A stretch of 64,000 nt of DNA. It comes from Schizochytrium sp. TIO01. Taxonomy: Eukaryota; Protista; Bigyra: Labyrinthulomycetes. This document shows, piece after piece, positions 46,101 to 61,450 of the stretch. The position numbers were made by a program, and so were the translations under genes. Every line of letters starts with the position of its first letter. Within the stretch, counting starts at the first letter, position 1. A model generated the notes under the pieces. That model was not told the DNA's origin. It did not search any database and worked only from the letters and a program-made list of their open reading frames with translations. The DNA is taken from assembly GCA_004764695.1 (NCBI GenBank), contig SMSO01000025.1, positions 3,410,001 to 3,474,000 of the forward strand, in the 5' to 3' direction.

Positions 46101-49100
46101 TGGCGACAGTGATGATGTTGGTGGAGAACTCAATGACGTTCGGAATGTTCGTGCCTGATAGAGAAGAATATTCGCTAGCTCTATGAGTCTTTGATGAAAA
46201 GGCGACGGACTTGCGACCACTTGATGTCTCAATGTTTATTTTATTTTATTTTATTCTATTTTATTCTATTTTATTCTATTTTTTAAAGAAATGTATTTTT
46301 TTCTTTCTTTTCTTTCCTCATTGAAAAAAACTTGAAAACAATAATCCTTTCAAATAACATATTTACTTCTAAACTATCGGGGAAAAGACATTGCTTCAAC
46401 ATCAAATAGGTAAGAGTTAACCCGTTTACCCGTAAACATTTTTTTCTTCTCTATGTGTCTCCGTATATATTGTGATCTACAAGAAAGGGTTCTCATTCTT
46501 ATATAATAAATTTTGATTTTGATCCTTTAGTAGTAGTTGAAAAGTTTTATAGTTCTACCGAACAGTTAGGCCGGGACATTTTGTCAATGCTCTCTCTCTC
46601 TCTTTCAGCATCGATGGGTGGGTGCTATTATGGGGGCTAGGAAAGGCCGACGTTCGGAGTTAGGGAGGTCTATGCCAAACGTTCGCTAGCAAACTGCTAT
46701 TTATCTACTATCCTTCGTTCCCGGACGTATATATATTTTATATACTTTTTTCGGATAAATTACGATTTTTTAATCTTAAAATCCTTTTTCCTTTCTTTTG
46801 TTTCTTGAAAAAGATTAGGAAAAAAATATGATACAATAGGTAGAGAGATAGTTGTGCGAGTCTCCTAATTCGAAGAACAAACTTTAATTCCTGTTTTTGG
46901 TCTCAAAGAATACCTGACATTCGCGAACCACTATGGAAGGGGAAGGCGGCAGTGTATCTCCATTTCATCCACAACAACTTAAATCCTGCAAGCAGACGCA
47001 GACGGGGCTGTCTCAGAGACACGAGAACGTGTCGACTTGAAATAAATAATCAAGAGAGAAAAGAAAACCCGAACCTCGTGTTTTCTTTCAACTTTGATCG
47101 AGAACCATCGCCGTGAAACTTTGCAAGCCATCCCTGCAAGTCAATGCATGTCTGTTGGAGCACCCAACGAGGACCACCAATCATCACATCAGAGGTGTTG
47201 GAATTGAAGGGCCATGGTTCTTCGAACCGCCATTGTAAGGCCGAGTCAAAACATAAAGATCTCGCCATGAAATCAACCACCGACATTGTTCTACCTCTTC
47301 AACTCGCGGCACTGAGAACTCGTGGTCAGCAAGACCAGATATATCGTCAGCAATGGGCTCAGGTAAGAAACGGGGTTGGTCGTTGGCAGATGATATATGG
47401 GACTCGCATGCGCGACTCAGCATTCCGTCATCCGGATCAATACTTTGATTGACGTTCGAGCTACCTCGGGCGTTGTACATTGTCAGAATTCCTGTCAGTT
47501 TGACCTTTGCGAATCCCTCTCCTTGCACGGGTTCGATTTGATGGTCCAACCAATGGTTTTGCATTTTGTACAAGGAGATTGAGGTGCCCTGAGCTCGTAA
47601 ATGACCTAGGTGTCGGATAAAGGCCATGCTCACCAACGCCGCCAACTGTTCCAATCAGACATATAGGTCTAATCATTGTCCTGTAGGTACTACCTAATAG
47701 TAATATTAGTCTTTATAGAAACGGAAAGAACACCGGAAGAGAGAGGAGAAAGAGAAAGAGAAATCAAAAGAATAAAACAACGCAAACAACGCAAGACGTA
47801 ATCTCCAATCAATTTGTCCTTCAGCATCTTTGAAAGCTAGTGGAATAACACATTAACAGCAACGCCAGAGCCACATTTTTAAGTAACTGACTGGAAGAGG
47901 GAAGGAAAGAGCAGAAAACTAACCATTCAGAGCCATTTATTTCTTTTCTTTCATGTTTGAAATTAATGTCACAGGTCTGACTAACTACCAGAGTAATATC
48001 TGCCTTCTTAGCGAGGTATCGAACCAACTTTTTTGACTCATAATGCTGCACATTGACTCTGACCAGAAACTAATCGTACTCATGTCGTCAATAAGTTTTT
48101 AAAATTTATGAAGCAATTGTGAAAGGGAGGTGATTACCCCCACCACAACTTGCGAATAGATTCTATATTATCAAAATGCATTCAGCCTTTTGACTTTTGC
48201 TCTAATTAAAGATATAACTAGGAATGGCCTGTGACTGCTGAGAGTGCGATGTTATCAACAAAGAATGAATGCATGAATGAATGAATGAATGAATGAAAGT
48301 GGGTTCTATATCTTAGACCACGAGACGAAAACTAAATAGTTGGATATATCTAAGTTTAACTTAATATTGTAAGATGGCCCTCATTTGCCCTGCTTCGATA
48401 AAGAAAAGAAAAGAAAAAAGAGCTCTTTAAAACAAAGCCCTATACTTCTAAAAACTGAACATCTGAGGTCTACAGGCTCAGGCTGCGATACATGTTGCCC
48501 TTCTTTCAATTTAAATGCTGAGGAGAATTTGCTCGTGAGTTATAGATAAAATAGTCGAACCATTCACATCCAATGTATCAACTTACGAGACCCAGCTGAT
48601 GACTTCGAAATTCCAAATTATTGATTCATCAGTTGATCACTACTTTCAGCAGTTTGACATTATGGTGCTTGCATTATTCGAGTCGGCCAAGGGGGGGTAA
48701 ATAGATAAATAAATACATAAAGAGCTCTGAAAAAAGAAAGAAAAAAGAAACTCGAAAGGGGTAAAAGAAAAGTAAAAAAATGTTTCTATCTTTTCCTATC
48801 ATTTCTAAAAAACCTAAAGTTCTCACCTCATTCCCCTTTGTTTTGTCAACATCACGAGATTGTGGCATCCTTTTCTATGAATCTGCATCAATATACTCCA
48901 CCTACAACAGCAGCTCCTGTGATTACGAATTCAAGCGCATAACACCTTGCAGATTGCTGCGATTGACCTCATCTGGTGATCGTGTCCACCTCAATAGGTA
49001 CTACTTTGAGGCCATTCATGAAGAATAGCTTTTGTGATGAGGGACCTCATGCCGGAAGGGGCACGCGACATTTCATACATACCAACTCCAATACAAGGTA

Positions 49101-52100
49101 CAGCAAATATGGCTTAGAACCTGGTCATTAGACCGGCTGTTTGTCTGACTTTTCCAGCCTCTCGAATACCAATCGCAAGGCTAAATGTGCGTTATAGAAT
49201 CTATTTCTCTCCACAAGCCTCAGATAGATTATCCCGGCTAAAGGCAAATTGCATTGAAAGGAGATGCGGAGGTGATTCTGGGGTCCTCAATTGATGAAAG
49301 ACTGAATGAAAGAGGCTCGTTTGACTATGACAATGCGAAGAAACGCGGGGTTTGAAAGACCGGCTTGGCTCTGATGAGACTGCTAGCCAGTCAAAGTAAT
49401 GGTATAAATTTACGAAAAATAAAAATAAAAAAATTGCAGCGAAGCGCGAACTCTTACTTTTCCAGCTTGAGTCACCTTGCCAGCTGAACCCAATCTTTTC
49501 AGCTTTTCTATAACCTGGCCCAAATGACAGTTCTTTTCTTCATTTTACTTAAACTGTAATGCAGAAGCGGTTGCAATATTCCGATGCTTAGCTTTCCTGT
49601 GAAGTAGCTCACTGAAGCTGTCTCCAATAACAGGTAGGGAGTACCCACTTTAGACTAATTGGCCTGGATGCTCCTTTTTCATTTATGTTCTTCCTTTTGA
49701 ATAAAAGGTTTGAAAAAGAAGTGGTAGTCTGGGAAGAACTGCAAAAGTGAGACAACTGTTGGTCGGCTTTCTCTCCTGCTCTCCGCTTCGGCACTTGGAA
49801 AGAAAGCAAAGGAAGTCTTTATATTTCCCCGTATTCTATTTAATCGCAATCTATTTGGGAGCTCAGAAAAATTTCCAGCTTTATTATTATTTTTTTATTT
49901 TTTATTTTTTTTAAATAAAGAAATTGAATCGTTAAGTTTTTGTTTCTACTACTGATAATCAATGATTATCCCATAATTTATATAAATAAGTAGACGCTTC
50001 CTTACACAAGAGTGCATTCAACGCATCAAAGGTTGAATTAGCTGAGAGCTTCTCCTCTCAGAATTCTGACGAGGTTCAAGGACCATGAGATTTGGGTATT
50101 CAGGCAGCTGTGTCATAACATCTTAGATATTCACATAACTCTTTCGCAAAAGTTGCGTCCGTTACTTCTGGCTATCTTGCCTCTAGGTTTCAAGTCTACA
50201 TTCCTGCGTCAGGACTTAAACAAGGCCTCGGGACTCATTTAGAACAGGTCCTATCCGACGCAATCGCATTTCCGAAGAATATCTTCACAGACTCCGTTCA
50301 AGACAAACGTTTGCTGCTTTAGTCGCAAAATTTGTCTCGTCGACGCGTCCAATATTTAGTTTAGCTGCGTGGAGAGGTTCACTAATTTGTTCTTGCGCGG
50401 CACTGCAGTCGCGGTAAGTATGAAAGGAGCTATCACTGCGCCTCCTCGAGATGCTGCTGTACATTTTGACCATTCTCTATGATGCATCGCCGCCAGGCGA
50501 AGAGTAAGCCTTGACTTCTCAAGACTTGAGCACACCAACAAAATCTGCCCTAGCTCCGTGACGATTAAGCCGTTCAATCATGATTTGCTAAATAAACCGT
50601 CATGCTTGTCAAGCAGAAGATTGAAGATTCTCAGTTTCTACAGCTCGCTAATGAGTAGGCGTGCACCACGCAGACAAACAGATAGATACACGGCAGCTGG
50701 GGCAATGATTCAAGACTTTGTTGACCTTGAGATGCGTCCATGCATGTTGTTTGCCATCGTTTTGCGTCTGTGGTAACAAACTCGCTTTCTTTCGCTGAGG
50801 CAAAGCACGCTCCAAAATTGCGTACTCTGGCCTGCCTGAAGATGCTGTGACGAACATACATACACTGCGTTCACTGGGGTGCAATGGATTGCGAAGCGAG
50901 TTAGCTCTGCGGAGCATGCTCCTTAGCACTGAAGAGGACATGAAGAGATAGATGCAAGCAGAGACCTTCGTTTTATTCTGTAAAATTGAAGTAGGTTGAT
51001 CATTACCAGAGCGAGAGGGGGAGAGAGAAAGTCGATGCCCATGCCCTGCACTGCGAAACCAATAACAACAACTTCTTTTGCGAGTATGACAACTAGGCCT
51101 CTTACCTCTGTAACACCCCGCCGGACCCCACGTCGCCGACGGATGAACAATGTCGAGCCCACACCACAGAATTGCGAGATCTCTCGGCGGTCTCAAATCT
51201 CACTCTTACTTGACAAAAGAACTGGGAACATCATGAGACGTAGGAGCGCGAGGCAGGCCTCAACTTACCTCATGCGTGCTTTGCACTGCCTCGCTGTAGT
51301 TGCTCTCCCAACGGCAGACGATAGCTTTGTCAGCAGCTTGGGCGAAGGAGGGCTTGATCCTGCGGCGGCGCACAGAGCGAGCAGTCTGACTGTCTATCAA
51401 CGTGGGGTGGACTGGTTGGTGGATTCGTGATTTCGTGGATGGTCAAATCAAATCCGTGGACGGCTTGCGCTGACCGTCTGCTCGCCTTCATATTGCGTTA
51501 TAATTGTGTGAGACCATCGCGGTTGTTTCGTGGCCAGGGCTTGTGCGTTTCACGGCGCGTCTTGTACAAGCGGTCCTGTGTTTTTCTCTGTCTCTCTCTT
51601 TCTGTTGGTGTTATTTATCACTGACAGGGTAAAAAACTAGAACTTTTTATCTTTTTCTTTACTTTTTTCCAATTGTTCTGTTGCATACCCTGGTACTGTG
51701 ACGAAAGACCATTTCGCACATCTGCAGGCAAGTTGAATACTCCTTACGGCATTTCTCCGGAGTGCAGCTGCTTCCCTGCTGTGTCAAAGATTAATGGCGT
51801 GGCTCGCACATCAGGAATAGATGCTTCCTCGTGCAAGGTGTGGAATTGTGACATATAAATGTGTGCTGGCCAAGACCAGCATTCGAGTGCTTTTCATCTT
51901 CATCTTATCTTGCCAATTCTTTAAGCAGACCGTGGTTTGATAAGCGGTGAGCAACGGTTTATGAGACAAAACTTGGGGGGAGGATAATATCAAGACGAGC
52001 ATGGCTCCGTCTCCATGATTGATAGGAATGTATGGGGAGAAAAAAAATATTTATGCGCAGGTCTATACTACATTTTGATGGCATGAGCTCTGAATTTTCA

Positions 52101-55100
52101 ACTTCATCCTATGTCACAAACAAATACGCCAGTCACCGTGGAGATTTCCTAATTAATCAAGCCACATCACGAGACAAGAACGTTAAAGCAAAGTGAGTGT
52201 TTATTTTGCGCATGATTCCTACTACTCTCAAGTGGCCCCACTAAGCACCAATCTGAAATACCAAACTAGTGAGGTCTCCATGCAGCCTGTTGCGCGCAAC
52301 GTGGGGAAATAAAACACTTATAAACTTTTCTGTGAATTTGCGCAGGCAAAGGTTGCGTTTTCTTCACTCACTGGCACAACTCATACCTTCCACCTATTCT
52401 TTTTTAGCTTGCATAAGTTCCTTTCTCTTTTGAAGCTGCCTTCCTTCGGACTCCAGCATAGAACAAGTCTCGTGATTCGGTCCTAGTGAGTCTACTGAGC
52501 ATTGAAAGGGCACCTGCGAGAAGTCCTTGGGACCACACCATAGTCAAATTTTGAAGAAAAGGATTTCCCGTTTCTGAAATTCCTCCTCTTCATAGTAGAA
52601 AGACAGAGGGAGCAATAAGGAAGAAAAAGTCTAAATGGCCTCTTGGTTCTACAACTCTTCAGCACTGTGCTCATGGTGGGTTTGAAGGACATTAGGGTTC
52701 GTGCTGGCTTGAGCTAGATGTAAAGTCTCTAGGCTTGCTGATACCCGGACCACATGGCTGAAGCCCCGCAGCTTGTCGAGCTGCCCGTATTAAGTGGTTG
52801 TACAGGAAGCACTAGTCTTGTTAAATTGACTGCTTCCCTTTTTCTAGTTCTAGTTCTGGCGGAAATGGCTGCAGATTTACGACTTTGAAAGCCTGTAGAA
52901 TGCCCACAAGTGCACAAACATTGCGCAAGAGCGAAAGCAGCCAAAAGACATCGGGACCTCAGTTCTAAGTTGCCGTGGCTACTAGTCTAGCAACAAAATT
53001 CGATCGTGCAATAACATTTGAACGGCTTTGAGATATGTGAGTAAATGATTCTATCGGCCCCCACAAATCTTTATGCATTAGACCACAAGGAAGCCGTCCT
53101 GTAATCTGTACCACGACAACAAGACATTTGTTGCTTCAAGAACAAAGTGCAGAACATGTGAAGCACTCAATTGTGGAGTTCCTGATTTCGATCCCAAATC
53201 AACATGATCTCAAGATAATCTTCCTTGTTCTGGAGCCTGTATTCTTCAGCTCAACAGTCTCACCAACAAATAAGTCGATGACAGCAATTCATAAGCGTGC
53301 TGACATCTACATGCTCTCCCTTCCGGTCCCCTCAGCTCGTGGCAAATTCAACATAATGCTCTGAAAGAGACTTAAGAACACTTTTCATGAAGGACCATTG
53401 GAGATTTCACAAATTCTCCGCTGCTACTATACCAGAGTCCTTCAAAAATACCTCTATGAAGTTTATCAGTAGCTTTCGGCTCTTTTTATGAAAGAAAAGT
53501 TCGAAATTATTTTATGTCCAACACACCGAGTTTTTCCGAGGCTTCTTCACTATTTTTGAAAGGATTTGTTTTACATTATGAAGATCTTTCTATGTTATTT
53601 TTAAAGTAAAGGCAAATTGATGATGATAATAATAATAATACATAGTCAAAAAATAATAGTGAGAGAACATATATATTATTATTTTAAATTAGTACTATTG
53701 TAAAGTGAAAGAGTAAAATAAAATAACTTTTCTAAAGTTTTAAATTTTCATAGAAAAGTATTGATAGTTTTTCCGAAGCATGCGTGGTTCCTTTTGTTTG
53801 ATTGTTACCTCGAAGATATTTGGAAGAACATTTAAAACTTTCGAAGCCAGATATAATAATTCAGCGTGTTTAGCTTTTCATTTAGCTTTAACTGCGCCTC
53901 CAGTAGAGAATCATGGGTCTTTCACTCCGACTTACAATGTCGAGTGCTAATAAAAGGACCCTCATGAGAGCAGTGCTGTTGTGAGCATAGTTGGTTTTGT
54001 GTCTCATGCCTTTCAGTCTACGTGGCACATTCCTTGAACTGCATACTCTCGGGTGACCGACCCAGCTTGTATTAGCCAGTAGTAAAGCTCTGAGAGAGTG
54101 ACCCGAGCCGTTTTCAACCTCCTTTCTCCTCCTTTCCGCTTCTCTTATAACGTTATTTTTATCCTTATTTTTGTTTCTACTTTATTCGAAAGTATGGTAG
54201 TACTATAGAATGCTTTAGTTCGGATTATAACATTCCATCAAGAAGCTCTGAAGGCGTATGCTAGTAGTACAGCTCTTAGTTTGCTTGCAACACATGGAGA
54301 AAGTGGCAAGAGCCGAAACCACGATGAGGTCGGAGAAGAGTCATCTTACCCACTATAGAACCACCATGACTGGGCACCCGACGTCTCGACGATGTCATTA
54401 TTTCTCGCACTATGATTTATTTACTGAACGAGACCACATCTATTTCATTTGAACCTCTGTTTCATACTTCGTTGCAGTTTACGACCACGTGAGAAAGATT
54501 AAAGGTGCGCACTAGCTAGGTGCTGCTGCACTACATAAGAATCAGACGATTCAGTGCTGCATTAATTCTCATCTTTATTCTCCGCAGCCGATGCTTGCAA
54601 TTAACTGTGCTTGAAATACGCTGCCGTCCGCCAGTCGCAACCGTCAAAGTTGGGCGGCCACCAAAGGCTGAACCGTGAACTTTGGGTTGGGCCGGAAGTT
54701 GAAGACGTGGTTTGATGGTGTTTCAGTCTGTGAGACATCACTACAACCATGAACTCAGAAGTGGCTGCCGCCTGACAGCCAAGCTCGCTTACTTGCTTGT
54801 TTGCCTTCTTGTGCTCAATTTAATTTTCCGTAGAAACTTTTACAATCGCCTACTTACAGATCGGTGTATATATTTGAGAGAGGTTGACTGAGAAACCGAA
54901 CCGAACCACGGCTTCGCAGAACAATCCATAGAAGCGAAGCAGGTAATCAAAGAGGTCAATAGTTTTTGATTATTTGTGATGTAGAAATGTACACTCCCCC
55001 GGTTGTTTACAGAATGAATGACAAATGCAATGAAGACGAGCAGGCGGTGATAAGATAAAGGCGGGGGAGGTAACTTGAACTGCTCATGTTTTGTAATTTC

Positions 55101-58100
55101 AATTACAATTGTGTAATGACTGATTTCCTCAAAGTGTCTGCCACTAGATGTCGTACCTATTTTCTTTAATTTGTCTCTAAGCAAAGCGAATCTTGCACTT
55201 ACAGATGATGGGTTCTCTTCGACCGGGTCGTGGAGAAGTCGAAAAAGTAGCTGGGCTGAAGCAAAAAGTCAGATAGTATAATAACATTATCTAATTTTAA
55301 TAATTTATACGGAAACTTGCAGATATGTGTCCTTAGCATATTTCAAAAGAAGTCATAGTTTTACTTATTCTTAACCAAATCTGAGTCTTATGCTTATATG
55401 ATAATATTAACCAATTCAGAACCCCAACCGTAGCTTGATGTGTTTGTCTTTAAACACTGTCCTTCGCTTTCTAACTTTTAGGTTTCTCGCCTTTAAAGTT
55501 TCAGCCTTCAAATAGTCTTTCACGGGAATACGAAAGGATTTCTCTATAGACAAGCTTTCGATGATCACTACATAAGAGTATTTAAGCCTGAATTGAACAC
55601 ACACTATTTGATACTCTTGCGTCACAGAACTTTGGGGCCATCCTAGTAATCATCCTAAAATAAAGTATTTATTACTTTGGGAAGTCCAGAAGGGAAGTTT
55701 TAGTTCTCTTCTAGAACTGATCTTGCATGCCAAGGTCGAGTTACTCCCGGTAGCTTTAAAGTCAAGGTCAAGGTCTTAATCAATCATAAATTACACAATT
55801 CGTCTCAATTAGCAAGCAACTGTCTCGTCACAATGCAAAATGACTAGCAAGAACTACCCAGACTAACATTTACACAAATAATTTGGACAAAAGGTTGCGT
55901 GAGACATGGCTGGACACTGGACACCCAGGCTTGTATGCCAGGGAACATTTTATTGAGGGAAAAAATAAAATAAAATAAGTTTGTGATGGTTGTTGTTTCT
56001 TTTTGAAGAGGGGAAGCAGCTGGAAACCTTCAGAAGGGGGATTCTGAAGAGGGGGTCTTCTGCACCCCTTCAAGAAACCCAAACGACAGGAGTTGTCGGC
56101 AAGGATACTTTGTGTGACAAGCGGTGTGATGATGATGCACAGTTCTGGAGGCTCGAGCTGTTGCCCAGAAGAGAATTTCGCGTGCTGTTAGTTTGTTTTG
56201 GAACTTTTAGCACCTCTCTGTAGTGATTTGGATACATAAAACAATAGGAAAAGACGAGATCAGAACTGAACTTTATCCTTTCACAATCGATTTGACCTCA
56301 TATAAGTGTTACTAGCACTAATATAAGAGATGTCATAAACAACAACGACATACTTGTTATCTTGTTATGAAATGTAACAGGGTCAGGTAGAACTCCGGCG
56401 CAGGATTGTAAAGGAGCTTGAACCTATCTATCTACTGCCCCAGCAACCTCAAGCCCCATCTGTGATTAGATTCGCTAGGGGCATAGCTAACCTCAGACCC
56501 AAGTAGCACCTTAGGACATGGTAAGTGGGCAGAGCGAGGGTGTCTGGGACAGAACTTTGTTCACCTTTATTTTTAAATTATTTTTATTTATTATTTTATG
56601 AATAGAAAACAATACATCGTAAATAAAACTAATGAGAAAAGCGTAGTAGCTAGTGTTCAGAACTCGGCCTTCACTCATGGAACAAACTTCGTTACTCAAA
56701 TTTGATGATCACGTGGGGCCTTCGAACAGTAGAAATAATTGCTTGAAGAGATGAAACAAGAGGCTATAAGGATGGCACTGATGGATCATATTTAAGGTTT
56801 CTTTACAATGTTGAATTCTAAAATGGCTGTGCAATTTCCCTCCTCAACCTATCAATGTTTATACTCTATTGTAGTTGGGCTGCACTCAGTGCAGAATGAA
56901 ATGTACAGTGTCTGTCCACAGACATCATAGGCTTTGCTTCAGAATAAGTTCTATCTATTCAATATGTGTAAAGCTCGGGATTATCATTTTAAATTCGGCA
57001 TTAATTGTTGCACTCTTAAAACATCCGAGCCAGCCTCTCTTGCTACGAATCGAATACTAATTGGAGGTATTGCACCAATCAATTTCCTCGAATTGATTGA
57101 ATTACTTCAAGCCAAGTAAGTACTAGTAATTGAATACCTTGAAAAGACGAATTGAACACATAAAAATTATTGAACTCCTCCACCCAACCAAAGAACCAAT
57201 AGCACTAAATAGAATTTAAACTAGAGGCCTGTAATTGAATTAAATGTGTAGGACCATTTCAAATTTGAAACTTATTCGAATCTTAATATTAAAGTGCCTA
57301 TCATCAACGATATGCGCACTCAAATAAGAAGAAACCATCTTGCCTGGTTAACTCGATTGTAAGCTATTGATTTCAAAATCAGAGCGAAGAAAGAAGTGAA
57401 AACAATCATCGTTACGAAATTAAAAACAAAATCGCCATGTTCTCCCATGGTCGTGTCTTAGGATTTGAAAATTGCGTTTGTGAATAATTGAGGTCTGTAC
57501 TTTTATAATTAAGGCATTTTCTGGGTTTGACTAATTAATTCAAGGCTACTGTGCTTACTTATTCACTAAACTAGGTGAAATTCCTGCAGCACGTGCGATT
57601 CTATAGCCTGAATCACGACCTCTAAGCTTGGCTTCTCCATTTGGCATCCTCATGACGCGAAATTTACGCATACTTACTTTAAGAGAACGAAGAGAAGAAG
57701 CATCCTGTACTTGAATAACAAAGACATTTCGTTTTAATTTTAGAACCCAAGCAAATAGGAAGTAAGTCTATTGCAAGCCTGGAGAAATTATTGTGATTAA
57801 TAAAGCAGTTAGAAAACACGCAAATTTAAATTTTTATAAAAGAGTATTAGTTATATACATATATAAGAATGTTCCATTTGCAACCCTGGTTTGGGTGGTG
57901 GTGGTCGTCGGTGCTCACAGAGTCGCGAAGCCTGGAAGGAAAGCCCATCCATCCCATGATATGAAATTGGCTGACGGGGTTTTAATTCCTTCGTTCTTTT
58001 CTTTTCTTTTTCTTTTAAAATTTCATAAGAAGAAGAAAAAAAAAAACATTTTCAGTGTTGTTTTTACTTTACTATATTTGTGAAAAATTGAAAAATTGAA

Positions 58101-58747
58101 AGAAAGAAAGAGCAGAATGATTTGGTCGTCATCAGTTCCAAGCTCTTGCTTGAATTCTTGACCATTCACAAGGAGCGTGTTCAAGGGGTCGGCCGCGACA
58201 AGCCCCGCCCGCACCGAGGGAGCGAGGTACTCGCGTCGTCAAGACTCGATCGGGACTGAAATGCGAAAATCGCGCCAATCTGAGTCAAGACCGTGAATGA
58301 TGATGAATGATGTGTCAAAGTTGTTAGTTTCCACCCTCCCGCCATCTTCACGCTCAAAATGCGGAATCCCGGAAAGCATCGAGACAAACGCCTGCCACAA
58401 GCTCGAGCCTGGGACTGTGATTGCTTGCTTCAAGTCTGGCCTGCCTGTGGCCTGGTCCCACCACGTACAGAGCTAGCGGCGAAGCCCCGGATTCCCGGCT
58501 GCCAGCCACTGAGCTGAGTTGAACCGGGTGGATTGGATTGGATTGGATTCAATATTGAGGTCAAGCTCAATTTCAAGGTCAATCCATCATAGATATGATA
58601 TGGACATCACGGCGGCGGCACTTGGAAACGAGGCAGAGCAAAAGGCGAAGAGCGAGCATAAAGTCGATCCACCAGTGCAGTGTAAGGCCGAATGCAGCGT
58701 CCAGAGCTTCCTTCTCCTCCTTCGCCAAGGCCGGCGCGAAGTTGTGC

Positions 58748-58750
<3 letters not shown>

Positions 58751-58805
<55 letters not shown>
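58751..58805. repeat. (TA)n microsatellite
   Basis: Seen directly. Confidence 0.95.
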
Positions 58806-58808
<3 letters not shown>

Positions 58809-58976
58809 TACACGCATGCATATATACATACATACATCCATACATATGCGTTCGGGGTGGCACGTTCAAGGCCGCTGAGCGTGTGAGGTATCTCCGTTAC
58901 GATCGAAATTCACGTATCCGTAACAGACTCGCGGGGCAAAGATTAAGCTGCGTGGTGTCCACACGTGCCTCTGCAG

Positions 58977-59021
58977 AGCGCCTGCGAGAAGCGCCTGCGA
59001 GAAGCGCCTGCGAGAAGCGCC
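58977..59021. repeat. ~3 x 13-bp GC-rich repeat (AGCGCCTGCGAGA)
   Basis: Seen directly. Confidence 0.85.
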
Positions 59022-59261
59022 TTTCTTTGCGCACGCGCGCGGCAGAGGATGAATTCGCGACCTGGGAGAGATGGCGATTTCTGGAGTCGCCTCGCCAGGG
59101 AATCTGAGCTGTCTCGAAAATTGTGGTGAACTTGTGCGCTCCGCACACCGCACGAGGGTCGAGCGTACGCCCATTTTATGTCGATGCCGGAGCCTTGCAG
59201 GCGCCTGGACATTCATGGGGATCGGCGCTCCTCTTCAAATTGACGTGTTTTCCGGCACAGC

Positions 59262-59466
<205 letters not shown>

Positions 59467-60489
59467 TGCGGATTAACAGGCCCGCTAGGACCCACTAAGG
59501 ACGCGGCTATGGTCAGCTCACACCGGGATGGCAAACTAACCAAACGTCTAGCTAGCCAGCTATAGGGCCACTAACTAACTGACTAGCTAGCTAACTAACT
59601 AACTGACTAACTAACTAACTAACTAACTGTCTATTTACTTACCTACCTTCCAGGTCAAGAAATGTAAGTCAGTCCTCAGAGCTCGTGATCTACTGGGGCT
59701 TCAACTGCTTGCCCGAGCGAAAGGGCTCTGAGGAACAGCCCGATTGCGGTCGTTGAAGCCTCCCTGGCCGAGCTCGCCCCCAGCGGAGCTCTGCTCCCGC
59801 AGCAGCTTGAGTCAGCTGCCTCAGGTCCGTGAGGTGAAGGCTCTGAAAGGAAGCGGGCTTCGTTTCGTCTGCTGTGCTTGATCTGTGTGCCGGTCTTTCA
59901 ATGCGGTGTGCGAAAGTGCGTCTACGCAGGTTAAAAGCGGTTCCCTCTTCTCACTTGCAGAGGACAAAGCTACGTCGTTTCATTTCTTCTTTGCGGATAG
60001 ATAGATACATGGATATCTGAGATAGGTCGCCCTTCTGCGTTAAGAGCGGACAGCGCACAGCATTCTTTCCTTTCTCGCACTGGTGAGTGAGTGAGTGAGT
60101 GAGTGAGAGGATGGGTACCTTCCTACTACTTTCTGCCTTGAATTAACTAATTAATCAATCAATCAATCAATCAAATTAATTCATACATCAATTGATGTAT
60201 TAATTTGTGTATTAATATATGTACTAATTAACTCATTAATAATCAATGTCTGAGTCTGCGGGTGCCTGGGATTCCAGAGACGGCAGCGGCGTGAAGAAGA
60301 AGAACTCGCGTTGCCAAGCTGGAGCCCCGGGCTGCCGGCGAGGCCATTCCTTGCACGTGGATGGATGTTCTGCCGGCCTTCTGAGTGCCGTCAATTGGCA
60401 AGCAGTCACACCTTCGGACTACCAGCGGCGGCTTCGGAAGTTGCGCAGAATTGGGCTCGCTAGCTTGTGATCGGCTGGTTCGAAAAGGA

Positions 60490-60521
<32 letters not shown>

Positions 60522-61254
60522 CTCTCTCTTTGCCTAGGACACACGTATTTGAGAGTAGCAGATCGTGGCTGAAGTGAAGTGAAGTGAAGTGAAGTGAAGA
60601 AGGTGGGGATGAGGAAAGTGAATGCGGCCTTTGTCGCACCCCGGCGATCTTCCGTATGCTTATGAGCCAGCAATCGAGTTGAGGTGCAGTTGGAGGTCCA
60701 AGGCTGCGAACTTGAAGAAGCCTCAGAGCTTCCGGACTGATCGGCCCTTCTTGGCCTTGGGGCTGCTGTGCTTGGGTCAGAGATTGTGGACTTGAAGTTA
60801 TATTGAGTTGAGTTTGAGCACGAAAGCGAAAGAAATGAAACCCATCCATCGGTCTGGAAATAGTTGTGCGGCCGGATGTATCGTATGTATGTAGGTAGGT
60901 AGGTAGTTATGCATGTTTTAAAGATTGAACAATGGTGTGAAGGATGAGGGCCTGTGCGCGAATTAACTACCTGACTACTTGATTGCGTGAGACATGCGTT
61001 GATTTGATTCTCTTCGCGACAGCAGAGGAACGGCAGCAGAGGAGAACCACCTCGAAACTCGCTGTAGTGAGACCTTAGTCCACCTCCTATAAGTGGCTAA
61101 ACGAATGAACGCGTCTTTCAATAATGTTAATTTTCTTCTTTTGTTTTATTTTGTTTTTTCTAGTTGTGAAAAGAAGAAAAGAAGAAAAGGAACACTTAGA
61201 TCTTGAAAGACCTCGTCTCAAAACTATTCTTAGTCTTGGAATTAAACGTAATTC

Positions 61255-61346
61255 TCTTTCATTTTTTCATTCATTCATTCATTCTTTCTTTCTTTCTTTC
61301 TTTCATTCATTCATTCTTTCTTTCATTCATTCTTTCATTCATTCAT

Positions 61347-61426
<80 letters not shown>

Positions 61427-61450
61427 TCATTCATTCTTTCTTTCTTTTTT
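61255..61450. repeat. Compound (TTCA)/(TTTC) microsatellite
   Basis: Seen directly. Confidence 0.93.

Noticed and set aside
49371-49410. Hammerhead-ribozyme-like CTGATGA-GACTG-CTAGC-CAGTC-AAAG
   Set aside because: Lacks the invariant G of GAAA and has no correctly placed stem I or NUH cleavage site.
55416-55625. VVIIESLSI resembling a second TnpB RuvC-II
   Set aside because: No RuvC-I, zinc finger or DRD motif nearby in any frame I could read.
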